Made by a program: the position numbers and the translations under genes. Below are positions 35,344 through 47,757 of a stretch of DNA of 64,000 nucleotides, one piece after another; position 1 is the first letter of the stretch; every line of letters starts with the position of its first letter. The notes beneath the pieces were generated by a model. It was not told the DNA's origin, did not search any database, and saw only the letters and a list, made by a program, of their open reading frames with translations. Source of the stretch: Macrostomum lignano (Eukaryota); NCBI GenBank assembly GCA_002269645.1, contig NIVC01000386.1, positions 496,001-560,000 of the forward strand, given 5' to 3'.

Positions 35344-37290
35344 CAAACTGATTCTTACCACGCCGATGACACCGACGCCACCGACAGGTCCTCCCACCTC
35401 CCCACTGCTGTCGCCAGTGTGTCGGTGTTGCCGCCGCCGCCGCCGCTGTTGCCACTGATGCTGCAATCGCCGCCTGTATTCGATAAGACAATGGAGCTAC
35501 AGACAAGAGCTTGCTGAACATTTGAAGTGGAAAGAGAAATTCAGAGACACCACAAAGAAGCAAACTGATTCTTACCAGGCTGATGACAGCGACGCCGGCG
35601 ACAGGTCCTCTCACCTCCCCACTGCTGTCACCAGTCTGACATCAGCGTTGCCGCCGCCGTCGCTGTTGCCGCCGCCGTTGCTGCCGCCACTGTTGCCATC
35701 GCCGCCGCCATCGCCGCCACCATCGCCGCCTGTATTCAAAAGACAATAGAGCCGCAGACAAGAGCTTGCTGAATGATTGAAGTGGAAAGAGAAACTCGGA
35801 GACACCACAAAAAAGCAAACTGATTCTTACCACGCCGATGACACCGACGCCGCCGACAGGTCCACCCACCTCCCCACTACTGTCACAAGTCTGTCGCTGT
35901 TGCCGTCGCTGTTGCCGCCGCTGTTGCCGCCACTGTTGCCGCCGCTGTTGCCGCCGCTGTTGTCGCCGCTGTTGTCGCCGCTGTTGCCGCCGCTGTTGCC
36001 GCCACTGTTGCCGCCACTGTTGCCGCCACTGTTGCCGACTGCATTCGAAAAGACGATTGAGTCAGAGACAATAGCTTGCCGAATAATTGAAGTTACAAAA
36101 AGAAAATCAGAGACACAAAAAAGCAAACTGATTCTTACCACGCCGATGACATCGACGCCGCCGACAGGGCCTCCCACCTCCCCACTGCTGTCACCAGTGT
36201 GTCAGTGTTGCCGCCGCCGCCGCCACCGCCGCCGTAGCCTCCACCGCTGTCTCCATCGCTGCGTCCGCCGCTGTGTCCGCCGCTGTGTCCGCCGCTGTGT
36301 CCGCCGCTGTGTCCGCCACTGTGTCCGTCGTTGTGTCCGCTGCTGTGTCCGCCGCTGTGTCCGCCGCTGAGTCCGCTGCTGTGTCCGCCGCTGTGTCCGC
36401 CGCTGAGTCCGCTGCTGTTGCTGCCTGCATTCGAAAAGATGATTGAGTCAGAGACAAGAGACAAAGGTACAAACAGAAAATCAGACACAAAGGAGCAAAC
36501 TGATTCTTACCACGCCGATATCGACGCCGCCGACAGGTCCTCCCACCTCCCCACTGCTGTCACCAGTGTGTCGGTGTTGCCGCCGTTGTTGCCACCGCAG
36601 CCGCCGCTGTATCCGCCACTGTTGCCGCCGCAGCCGCCGCTGTTGCCGCTGTATCCGCTGCTGTTGCCGCCGCTGTTGCCGCTGTATCCGCCGCTGTTGC
36701 CGCCGCTGTTGCCGCTGTATCCGCCGCTGTTGCCGCCGCTGTTGACGCCGCTGTTGACGCCGCTGTTGCCGCTGAGGTTGCTGCCGCAGCCGCCGCAGCC
36801 GCCGCTGTATCCGCCGCTGTTGCCGCTGCAGCCGCCGCTGTTGCCGCCGCAGCCGCCGCAGCCGCCGCTGTTGCCGCTGTTGCGGCTGTATCCGCCGCTG
36901 TTGCCGCCGCAGCCGCCGCTGTTGCCGCCGAGGTTGCCGCCGAAGCCGCCGCTGTATCCGCCGCTGTTGCCGCTGTATCCGCCGCTGTTGCCGCTGTATC
37001 CGCCGCTGTTGCCGCTGTATCCGCCGCTGTTGCCGCCGAAGCCGCCGCTGTATCCGCCGCTGTTGGCGCTGTATCCGCCGCTGTTGCCGCCGAAGCCGCC
37101 GCTGTATCCGCCGCTGTTGCCGCTGTATTCGCCGCTGTTGCCGCCGAAGCCGCCGCTGTATCCGCCGCTGTTGCCGCCGCAGCCGCCGCTGTTGCCACTG
37201 TTGCCGCTGTTGCCGCCGCTGTTGCCGCCGCTGTTGCCGCCGCCGCCGCCGCCGCTGTTGACGCCGCAGATGCCGCTGTTGCCGCCGGTT
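35344..37290 (-). other. Five tandem exon-like modules: Gly/Ser/Asn/Tyr-coding tract + conserved tail [18 protein letters not shown]-stop
   Basis: Shared core caaactgattcttacca at 35344, 35561, 35816, 36124, 36496; minus-strand acceptor-like ttttcgaatgcag / cgaatacag precedes four of the tracts. Confidence 0.5.
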
Positions 37291-37299
37291 GGACAAAGA

Positions 37300-39100
37300 A
37301 AAGAGCAGAATAATTGAAAAGATGAAGAGTAGAAGAGAAATGGTTTTAGGGTAGATAGAGAGAAATGGAAGAGATCCGGGGAATATGAATGGAATGATAT
37401 GAATGGCGGAATACATGTAATTGTAGAAAAGGAGCTGGAGATTTTGAAGAAGAAAAATTAAAGAGAAAATAAGGGAACAGGTGTATTTGTATCAGGGTTA
37501 GTTTTGTTATAAATAGGAGATAAATAGTAAAAGATAAAAGAGGAGAAGAGAAATTATGTTAGGGTGGTAAAAATTCCGGGAAGTGAGATGGGAATGGCGG
37601 GATAGGGAGTAATTGGAATGGTGAATTAATTTAATAAGAAACGAAAATAACGGGGGATGACGAAATTGTTTTGTTAATACTATATAGAGAGAGTAAATTT
37701 AGGTTAGAATAATATTATGTTATGTTAGGGTTGATAGGGAAGGATCGGAAGGGATCCGGGAAGTATGATGGGAATGGCGGAAAAATAGTCGAAAGGAAGG
37801 GATTACAGAAAAATTGAAGAGTATATTAGGGAGCAGGTGTACTTGAAACAGGGTCAGTTTGTTATAAATGAGAGGAGAGTGGAAGAGAGATTATGTCAGG
37901 GTGATAAATGATTGGAAGGAATCCGAGAAGTGGGATGGGAATAACGGGATAGGGAGTGATTGGAATGGGTGGAGTGATTTAGTGGGAATGGAAAATAATG
38001 GGGGATGAAGAAATTATATTTGTTAATATTGGGAAACCTGTCTGAAGTTGAAAAGAGCTAGCCAAACTTTTTCCAACTCCCTCAGGTTTGACCCTCTACT
38101 CCTCTTTACTATTCCGATTCTTGTCCATGGCAAAGAATCGTGATTGTAGGGAAGAGTAGCGAAAGAAGGGATTAGAGACAAATTAAAGAGTAAATTGAGG
38201 GAACAGGTGTCTTTGTAACAGGGTTAGTTTTTTATAAATTGGAGATGGAAAGTATGTTAGAGTTGATAGAGAAGGATCGGAAAGACAGATCCGGGAAGAA
38301 TGATAGGAATGGCCGGATAGATAGTAGAAAGGAAAAGAAAAGTGATTAAACAAAAATTAAGGAGTAAATTTAGAGGGCAGGTGTACTTGTCGCAGGGTTA
38401 GTTTGTTATAGATGGGAGATGGAGAGTAAAATAGAAATTATGTTAAGGTTGATAGAGAAGGGTCGGAAGGGATCCGGTAAGTATGATAGGGATGGCGCAA
38501 AAATATTTTAAAAAGAAAGGGAGAAGTGAATAAAGAAAAGTTTAAGAGTAAATTAAGGGAGTTGGTGTATGTGTAACAGGTTAGTTTGCTGTAAATGGGA
38601 CATGGAGAGAAAAGAAATTGTGTTATGGTTGGAAAAGTTCCAGGGAGTGGGATGGGAATAACGGGATAGGGAGCGATTGGAAAGGGTGGAATGATTTAGT
38701 GGGAATGGAAAATAATGGGGGATGAAGAAATTATTTGTTAATATTGGGAAACCTGTCTGAAGTTGAAAAGAGCTAGCCAAACTCTTTCCAACTCCTTCAG
38801 GTTTGACCCACTACTCCTCCTTACTATTCCGATTCTTGTCCATGGCAAAGAATCGTGATTGTAGGGAAGAGTAGCGAAATAAGAGATTAGAGAAAAATTA
38901 AAGAGTAAATTTAGGAAACAGGTGTATTTTAAACTGGTTATTTTGTTATAAATGGGAGATGGAGAGTAGATGAGGAATGTTAGGGTTAATAGAGAAGGAT
39001 TAGAAGAGATCTGGAGAGTGGGATGGGAATGGCGGGATAGATAGTAGAAATGGAGGGGGGAAGAGATTAGAGAAAATGTTAAAGAGTAAATAAATGAATG
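37300..39100. repeat. Purine-rich diverged tandem/higher-order repeat
   Basis: Recurring gagaaggatcggaagggatccgggaag and caggtgtacttg...gggttagttt blocks; ~37920-38200 is duplicated at ~38640-38930. Confidence 0.8.
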
Positions 39101-39550
39101 GAAAGTTTGAGTGAATGAGAAGTCCAGTCGTTGCGCTGCCGCCGGTGTACCACCTGCACCTGCGGGCGGCGAATTTCGGGGGGGGGGGGCGAGGGGGGCG
39201 GGGCGGTGTGGGGTTTGGGAATTTATTGGGGAGCGAGGGCCGGGTGGAATCTGGGTTGGGGGTTATTAATGAATCGAATTTTTGATTAAATAGATGATCA
39301 ATCAAAAATAAAATTGGATTAATTTGTTATGGATCATTGGAATCATTTAGTGTCTGATTTTTAGTGATTGAAAAGAAGTGATTGTTTTTTTTTTTTTGTT
39401 TTTTTGTTTTTTTTTGTTTTTTTGCTTTTGTTTTATTGCTTTTTTTGCGCTTTTAGGATTTTTTTGAAGAATTGAACTCTCGAATTGCAGCAACCAATCA
39501 AGAAGTCCCAGCCCTTGCAAAATGCCACCTCGCTCACCGGGAATCCGCAA

Positions 39551-39847
39551 TCACCACTCCTCAAAGGAGAAGTAACTGTCGACCGACGGGAGCGCTCCGC
39601 AGGCCGCCATCATTCGCCACCTAAACTGTTCTTCGAAGTTTCTCTGGACTTCAAATTGAAGCCGCAGAAACTCATCGAAAATGGCGTCCTCACGTTTCTC
39701 CTTCGGTGCTTCCTGCTTCTGCTCCTGCTTCTGCTTCTGCTCCTGCTTCTGTTCCTGCTTCTGCTTCTGCTCCTGATCCGAGCGGTAGCGTTTGGGCACG
39801 AAGCGCCTGCGGATGCGTTTCAAGACTCCTTCGTAGCAGCTGGGCAT
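39551..39847 (-). CDS. Hypothetical 98-aa charged protein with QEQKQK repeats
   Basis: ATG-initiated ORF with coding-like GC content and a plausible helical composition; no recognisable domain. Confidence 0.3.
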   Translation of the reverse strand: MPSCYEGVLKRIRRRFVPKRYRSDQEQKQKQEQKQEQKQKQEQKQEAPKEKREDAIFDEFLRLQFEVQRNFEEQFRWRMMAACGALPSVDSYFSFEEW

Positions 39848-40085
39848 TGTTGCTGGTTGATTGCTGTTGTACTTTTAGAGTGCTGGGATTTCTCGAGTGC
39901 TGGGAGTTGAGTTCGCCGGACTGAGCACAGCGAGCCAGCGCTTCACTTCAGCTCGCATGACCAGGGCGAGCGGGCTGGGCCACAGACAAATTTAGTGCGT
40001 TATTTTAATCTATCACGCCTGGGCAACTTGCTCGTACACGCGGCAAAAAAGTGGCAACTGGGAGTGCATGAGGCGACTGATTGTC

Positions 40086-40770
40086 TCACTCTCGAATATG
40101 TCACTCTCGAATATGTCACTCTCGAATATGTCACTCTCGAATATGTCACTCTCGAATATGTCACTCTCGAATATGTCACTCTCGAATATGTCACTCTCGA
40201 ATATGTCACTCTCGAATATGTCACTCTCGAATATGTCACTCTCGAATATGTCACTCTCGAATATGTCACTCTCGAATATGTCACTCTCGAATATGTCACT
40301 CTCGAATATGTCACTCTCGAATATGTCACTCTCGAATATGTCACTCTCGAATATGTCACTCTCGAATATGTCACTCTCGAATATGTCACTCTCGAATATA
40401 TCACTCTCGAATATGTCACTCTCGAATATGTCACTCTCGAATATGTCACTCTCGAATATGTCACTCTCGAATATGTCACTCTCGAATATGTCACTCTCGA
40501 ATATGTCACTCTCGAATATGTCACTCTCGAATATATCACTCTCGAATATGTCACTCTCGAATATGTCACTCTCGAATATATCACTCTCGAATATGTCACT
40601 TTCGAAAAAATCAACACTCTTGAAAATATCACTTTCGAATATGTCACTCACGAATAAGTTACTCTCGCATATGTCACTCTCGAATATGTCACTCTCGAAT
40701 ATGTCACTCTCGAATAAGTCACTCTCGAATTTGTCACACTCAAAAATAGCTCTTGAATACCTCACTCTTG
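40086..40770. repeat. 15-bp minisatellite (tcactctcgaatatg), ~34 near-perfect copies then decaying
   Basis: Direct reading; explains the overlapping TLEYV / RVTYS / SNMSL ORFs. Confidence 0.98.
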
Positions 40771-41022
40771 GACACGTGAAGAACGTCACAGTGAGCCTAT
40801 TCTCTTGCCTCCTCTGCAACCTTCTCCGCCATGCACCCATCTGCATCTTTTCTTCCGCCTTCGTTATCCTCTTCAACGCCTTCTCATTGCTGCTCTACTT
40901 CTTTTTGAAAAAGCCTGTCACACCGGCAACTGACCCGCTCACCTGAGCAGTCACTATGACCTACCTACCCGTGCAAACGTGATTGAAGGCCAATTGTTAC
41001 ATGCACCGAGGGAAGCCACGGA

Positions 41023-41803
41023 CCCGGCAGAGCTGTCGCCGGTCCGCATCTGCTCTGACTCCCTGAGCGCGCTCAGCGCGCTCGCGTCCGGCCCTGGGTC
41101 GACGGGCGCCACCATGATCGACGCCGTCTGGGCCAGCCTCGCCGACCTCGCGGCCCGGAAAACCTCGGTCCACCTGCAGTGGGTGCCTGGCCACGCGGGA
41201 ATCCCCGGCAACGAGGCCGTGGACGAGATCGTCAAGCGAGGCTCCACGCTGGCGCAAGGCACCGCGCCCGTGCCGTTGGCTGCCGCGCAGGCTGCCGTCC
41301 GCCGCCACTGCCTCGCCCGCTGGCACCAGACCTACAACGCGGCGGCCACCGAGGCGGCGAGCACGAGCTCGCTGGCCTGGCACCTTGCCTGCACGGCGGG
41401 CCGCCTGCCGCCTCCGCCGACGAATGACCTCACGCGGCGGCAGGAGCGGCTGATCTGCCAGCTGCGCGCCGACCGCTGCCCGGCCCTGCGGGGCTTCCAG
41501 GCCGCCATCGGCGTTGACGTGGCCCCCACCTGCCGCTTCTGTGGCGATGGAAAGGAGACGGCGGCCCATCTGCTGATCTCCTGCCCCGCCCTGACTCCAC
41601 ACCGCTGCCGCCTCTGGGGACCAAGCCCGGAGCCCGCGGCAGTTTTCGAGAACTGCGTCGCGGTGTTGAACTTCCTCGGGAAGGCGGGCGCCGTCTGACG
41701 CCGGTGCCATGGGCCCTGGCCCGAGCGCGCCCGAAGAAGAAGAAGAAGAAGAAGAAGAAGAAGAAGAAGAAGAAGAAGAATAAGAAGAATAATAATAAGA
41801 AGA
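41023..41803 (+). mobile_element. 5'-truncated non-LTR retrotransposon (RNase H + C-terminal CCHC, I-group-like) with (GAA)n tail and 14-bp TSD
   Basis: ICSDSLSAL...VHLQWVPGHAGIPGNEAVD (RNase H), CRFCGDGKETAAHLLISC (zinc knuckle), stop at 41698, (GAA/TAA)n tail ~41733-41803; agggaagccacgga at 41009-41022 and 41804-41817. Confidence 0.93.
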
Positions 41804-42505
41804 AGGGAAGCCACGGATCGCTTGGGCAAAGTTAAGAACTAAAGAAAGAAGCGCTCCGCTCGTTCAAACAAACATTCTCAACCAAATATGTTAGCTTTCA
41901 TGCACATACGCACTACTACAAGTAACACGGACAGGGTGCGTGCTGTTAAATAGACTTGAAAGTAGCCTTGCTGCGCCACTTCCTTCGCTTGAGCCTCAAC
42001 TTCACCGGCCAAACACACAGAGAGTGGCGGTCCGACTGCGCAAAAAAGTCAAGCAAGACGCAACTCTTATCTCTCCTTGGCTGCGCTCACGGACTGCCCT
42101 GTGGTTCCGACTCTGGCGCTACTCTCTGCCCCTGCGGTCCCCGCTTTGTTATTTAGAAGCCTTTATAAATAGAAAAACCAAATGCATGGCAAGCCTTCTT
42201 TTCAAGCAGCTGAAGAGGTCTCTAAAAGAGCAGCTGGCTCAGCTCAGTCCAGACTCGCTTCTTCATCTAAATGTAGAGTACGAGTATTCCCTGCCCCGCC
42301 TCACCTGCTAGTATTCAGTACAGTTCGCTGCCATGTTTTCAGTCCGACTAACGTTACTTTTGCATGTAGCTCGTAAAACAGCTGTGTCCTATGCCAAAAC
42401 TATGCTACTAGCAGCAGCATCTTCTGCTTTGGGTCTTTGTTGTCTTTCAAAGTATTTTTATCGTTTCGGTTTGAAGTTTTAAAAATAAATAAATATAACA
42501 ATGTA

Positions 42506-42512
42506 GACAGAC

Positions 42513-42573
<61 letters not shown>

Positions 42574-42590
42574 CACAGACAGACAGACAC

Positions 42591-42633
<43 letters not shown>

Positions 42634-42634
42634 C

Positions 42635-42673
<39 letters not shown>

Positions 42674-42727
42674 CACAGACAGACAGACACACAGACAGAC
42701 ACACAGACAGACAGACAGACAAGACAC

Positions 42728-42762
<35 letters not shown>

Positions 42763-42831
42763 CACAGACAGACAGACAGACAGACAGACAGAAAGACAGA
42801 CAGAAAGACAGACAGACAGACAGACAGACAC

Positions 42832-42908
<77 letters not shown>

Positions 42909-42921
42909 AAGACAGACAGAA

Positions 42922-42984
<63 letters not shown>

Positions 42985-42985
42985 A

Positions 42986-43080
<95 letters not shown>

Positions 43081-43129
43081 AAGACAGACAGAAAGACAGA
43101 CAGACAGACAGACAGACAGACACACAGAC
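42506..43129. repeat. (GACA)n microsatellite, ~620 bp
   Basis: Direct reading with CACA/GAAA interruptions. Confidence 0.98.
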
Positions 43130-46100
43130 TCAGCCAGTTTACCCGGGAGGAAACGGATGCCAGCTGAAGTTCAGTCACCAGCAAGAATTATCCGAGAGAC
43201 CAGAATATGAGATTGGCTCAAGAGGCTTCTTAAAATGGCATACAAGCTCAGAGCCAAATTAATGTTTTTTTCGTAATAGCTCAATCAAGTTTTTCTTTCT
43301 TTGTGACACAGTTTCTTTCTTTGGGGCCTAAAAGCAAACAAACACAAAGAAGAGCCGGGCCAGGCGAACGCAAGGACGGGTTCATCTTGGAGCAAGTTTT
43401 TTTGCGCGCCACCAGCAATATCGAATTGATTCGGAGAAAATTTGCATCTATCGAAAGCGGCACAGGTGACGGGCTGTTGAGGGCTTTGGGGGCGTTGAGG
43501 GCGTTTAGAGGGCAGCTAAGCAAGTAAAAAGGGATTAAGAAGGAATCAGTTGGATGAAGGCAGCACGGATGGCCGGTGGCGGGGAGCCAGCATCTCAGCT
43601 TAATCCAAGCTTTGCCGTCAATTACCTGCAGGTGGACGTCAATCATCTGAGGGGGGTCGAGAGCTCAGATGCGATGCAAACTGATCACTGCCGACTCTCA
43701 TTGGGAATTATCAGTCGCATCTTTCCATGCAAGCCATTGAAGCCGCTTGCATTCCTGCAACTCGATGTTGTGTGCATGTGATGAGGAAGTGAGGGCCGCT
43801 GCTCACCCAGCATGTGTGTCTGCGTACGTACCAGCATCGCGTGTTGCCTATTGCATTTTCGACACTTTCTGACCGGCACCTGTCATCCCGTTTTTTCAGC
43901 AAGCATAATTCCTTTTGAGACCCTGAAACAGAATCTGCTCGATCGAATTTCTCAATTTCCTGTTGTTGTCAATTCTTCATCTTTTATAATCCTGTGCTCC
44001 AGGCCGCACAGACCTTGGCAGCCCCTCGATGCTTGGTCCAGACTGAATATCCGGAAGGATTCTGCCTGGCAGTTCTGTAGAAGCCGTCCTAATGAAATCA
44101 GTTCCAGTGGATGGCTCTAATTTGATTCTCGGTTTGCTAAGAACCAGACAGACTTGCGTTAATTTCATCCTAATGCAGTTTATGCTCAGCTGGCTTGTGG
44201 ATCAGCCAGAAGAAGCGAGAACTGAGGCACACCTTTGCCCTCGAGTCCGCTGCGGCCTCTCTTGAGCACCGCACTCGCTTCCCTGTCACTGACTATTTTC
44301 CCACAAAAGCAATAATCTGGATAATCCTACTCAACCTATCGAAGCTCAATACCCTTTTCCTCAGTCAATGTGGAACTAATTGATATTTACACTTTGTTCA
44401 GATAAGCAGCACCATTTGCTACTATGGAAAAGGCATTACCCGAAAATCAATGCTAACCGACCACCGCGACCTCCTTGCTTTCGCATTCCTGACTTGCACC
44501 CGTGCCAGCCCAACTACAGTGCCCCTTAATCTGTAGCTGCGGTCTAATCCAGATAAACCGTGCATGCTACCAAAAAGCGCGGGTTCCGCCCACCCAGTTC
44601 GGATTCCAGCCGCCTCTGCACGCTCGCTCACTCACGGCTTTGCCAGCCCATATTTAGGAAGAGAAAAGTATTTGGGAATTGTACTGAAATCGGGCCGCAC
44701 TCTGCCTGCATTGCCATTGCGGGATCCTAGCGGACCAAGAGGGCCCCTCTGCGTTCAGTCGCGCCTGACGGGGTAAAGGAAGAAAAACTTGTTTTTCCCC
44801 CAGCCTGAAAAAATGCATGTAGAAAGTTCGAACCCACTGCGTGCCAGCCTGGATTTTCCATCGCCTTTGAAGCAGCTGCCTGTCTGACTGTCCGTCTGAC
44901 TGCCCCAACTCCTGACAATGGCCGGCCAGTCGGGAGCAGTCAGTCAGCCGTTTCCCGTCGGCCCCCACCCGCTTGGGTCGTCAACACGCAAAGGGTGAGG
45001 GAAGAAAGAAACCTCATTAATCTTATCTGCCTAATCCCAGCGGGGGAGGCAGGCACTCGGGGGCTAGGAAGGGAAGTGCACTGCATGCGCTTCTCTCTGA
45101 CGAAGCCCCAAGGAAGCGAGGCGAGGAGAGAATCGAGAAAAGAAAAGACAGGCAAAGATTTAAGTTATCCAAGTTGCCTAAGGAGGAAGTGAGAAAGGCG
45201 ACCGAGAAAATATTAGCTTTGAGGCAGCTGAGCAACTTCGTTCCCTGAGCAGCAGTGAGCAGCTCAGTTTGCCCCACCCTAGCATGGCACCGCCGCGTGG
45301 GCCAGCGATAATTAGAGTTCGCTAGAAACTATTTTTGCTAGCAAATTTCCTAACCGTGCTTGAGCCAGCGGTTTGTTTCTCCTAAGAAAATGTACTTTTA
45401 GCGAAGAAAATTCCTGTTGTTTTCCATTCCTAACCCGAGGTTGAGAACAATGCCCTGAGGGCACTCACTGCTTTATCGATCCAATTTCTCTATTGCCGAC
45501 ATTTTGCATTGACTTCACTCACGCAGTTGTACGAGTGCCGGCTCAAATTTAGCCCCAGGAAACCCACCCTGCAGGGTAAACTGCGCCCAAGTGGCCTCTC
45601 GTTTGCCACACCCACTGAACTGAGGCTCTCCCAGCCCGTTCCTTGACAAGCAGAGAAAGAGAGAAGGAACTGGAGCAGTGCGAGTAGGGCGAGTGCGCAC
45701 GCAGGTACTGCAGGGGCAGCTCAGTTGGACGCTCCATGCCAGCCCTCTCTCTCTATGCTGTAAACAAAGCGGAGTTGCCGAGAGCCGCCAGTGCAGTGTC
45801 CAATTCTGCCCTCAACTCCCAAAAATGGCCGCCTGTTTCTGTCAGCCTTTCCTGTTTCTGCCCGCCTATCCTCTGCACAATGGCCAGCCGGATCGCTTGC
45901 AAGGTTAGAGAGATGCTAGCCGCGCGGGCAGAATGGTATGCCACAACCACAAACCCTTGGGCTCGGCTTGCTGGGCTTGTCAGCCAGCCAGCTACTCGTA
46001 TCTTGTCTAGCTGGCCAGGCCCCTATCTCTTTTCCTGAAGCCGCCACTTGAAAAGTGCACGCATCTGTATTCGAGTGTCTGACCCTTCAATTCTCTCTTC

Positions 46101-47184
46101 GTGCGCGCAGGTCTCTCAGCTATGCTGACTGCCCTGGTTTGCATTTTGTGTTAAGCGAGTGAAATACAACAAGGGAGCTCTGTGCGCGCGTCACACAAGG
46201 CTCCGTTTCTCTTCAAGCTGGCCTTAGAAAGCAAAACGCTGCGCTGCAAGCCTCTCAGCCCTCGGTCGCGTGAAGACCACCCTGTGCCCTGCCTCCCCAC
46301 CTGCCTCCCTCCCCACCCAGCTCCGAGGCCTGTCACGCAAGCCGACCATTCCATAGCGGGCCACCTCAGCCGTGCTGCTCCACTCAAGCTGCTGTCGGTG
46401 TTGGAAAAGTGCACGAACTGAGTGGACCGAGTACAGAAGTGTTTAGAGGGGGAAAGCTGGGGAATAATGGGAAAAAGCTCTCCCACAGGCCCCTCCCTAT
46501 AAGAGGAAGAGGCAGGCAGCCAGAAAGAATTCAGGCAGATTGGGAGCGAGGAAGCGGAAGGCTGCGGCAAGGCTGTGCTGCAGGCAGGGAAGGCCAAGTT
46601 CAAACCCGGGACGCGAGTACGCCAGTTCAGTTGTTCGCCCTGGCCAACCCGGGCAGAATCCCCGAAGAGCCGCCTCGCTCTCGCTGCCTTTCATTCATTC
46701 AGTACCCCAATTCTCTCTCCCCCATTAGTTCCGTCTCCCTAGCGGCAGGGCGGGAGCAGGGAGGCTGAGGATCACCCCATGTTGTGAACTTGGGTTTGCG
46801 CGAGGGGGAAGAGAGTCGGACGGAACGGGGAAAGAGGGGCGAAGGGGGCGCACTTGATTTTCATGCAGGGTGCGTGAGGCAGCAGTGAAGCAGTGGGAGG
46901 AATCGCGAGGCCAGAATAGCGGGGTGAGAGACTTGCATTGCGCCTTGAATACTCTTCACTCTCTGCGATTTCCTTCGCTGCATTCTATTTCAAGGCCACC
47001 CTTAACCAAGCAGTGGCCGCGCGTACAGAAGTGCGTGTACGGCAATGCGCACTCAGCAACTGTGTACATTTGTTCAACTTGCCAGTACAGTGCTGGCAAG
47101 GCCGGAGGGACAGAAAAGCAAGAAGGCTCAGGGTGAAATCTCTGCCCTGCAAGTACCCGAGCTAAAAGTTACTCGCTCAATGCC

Positions 47185-47198
47185 GTTGTCATGGCAAC
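47185..47198. promoter_or_regulatory. X-box (RFX-type) palindrome upstream of cyclin G
   Basis: GTTGTCATGGCAAC fits GTHNYY-AT-RRNAAC; ATTGG (~47275) and a TATA-like cttaaaaag (~47332) follow; 560 bp before the ATG. Confidence 0.4.
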
Positions 47199-47757
47199 TA
47201 CGGTCGGCAATCAGCTGTTCACCCAGTGAGAGCCCCGAATCAGCTGACTTGAGGCGGAGGGTGGCTGCGGCAGCGGCAGGGGGCGAAGGCCGCGGAGGGG
47301 TTGCTGCCGGGCCATTGGCCAGCGAGTTTGCCTTAAAAAGAGAAGCCCGCAGCCCCTACAGGCGATTCTTCACTGCCAGGGAAGGGAGCGGGAACGCAGA
47401 CGCCGAGCGATCTCACTTTGTCAAAGCTGCTTCTGCACCCTCCTCTCCTTGATTCAGCCTCTTCTTATTTTATTTTGTCATTAAGTCGTCAAGCTGGAGT
47501 CGAACATGGCCAATTGAATACACTGAAACACAGAGAGAGAGTGAGAGTGCGAGTGAGAGAGAGCGAGAACTGGCACCAGGAGATCACCGTCATCTTGCCC
47601 GCAAGTCTTTCATTTTGCCTGTCTGTGAGTCTGCATCCTCGGGGCATCTCCCGCACAGTCCGATCGCAGCTTCGCTCGCTCTCTCGCCCCAGTCTCTGGA
47701 TTCCATAGTTGATTTCCGCAAGGAAATTGTACAGAGTACTCGCGTCCAGTTAGTTAT

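Noticed and set aside
36481-37416. 311-aa Arg/Gln-rich ORF (and the Ala/Thr- and antisense Pro/Leu-rich ORFs) in the GC-rich tract
   Set aside because: Alternative frames of a stop-free triplet-based tract; the hydrophobic N-terminus comes from the adjacent purine repeat. The Gly frame fits codon usage and the shared tail better.
39995-43210. Long ORFs TLEYV/RVTYS and CLSV/TDRQ
   Set aside because: Translations of 15-bp and (GACA)n repeats.
43200-47150. Many short GC-rich ORFs upstream of cyclin G
   Set aside because: No domain motifs or consistent splice structure; probably regulatory or intronic.
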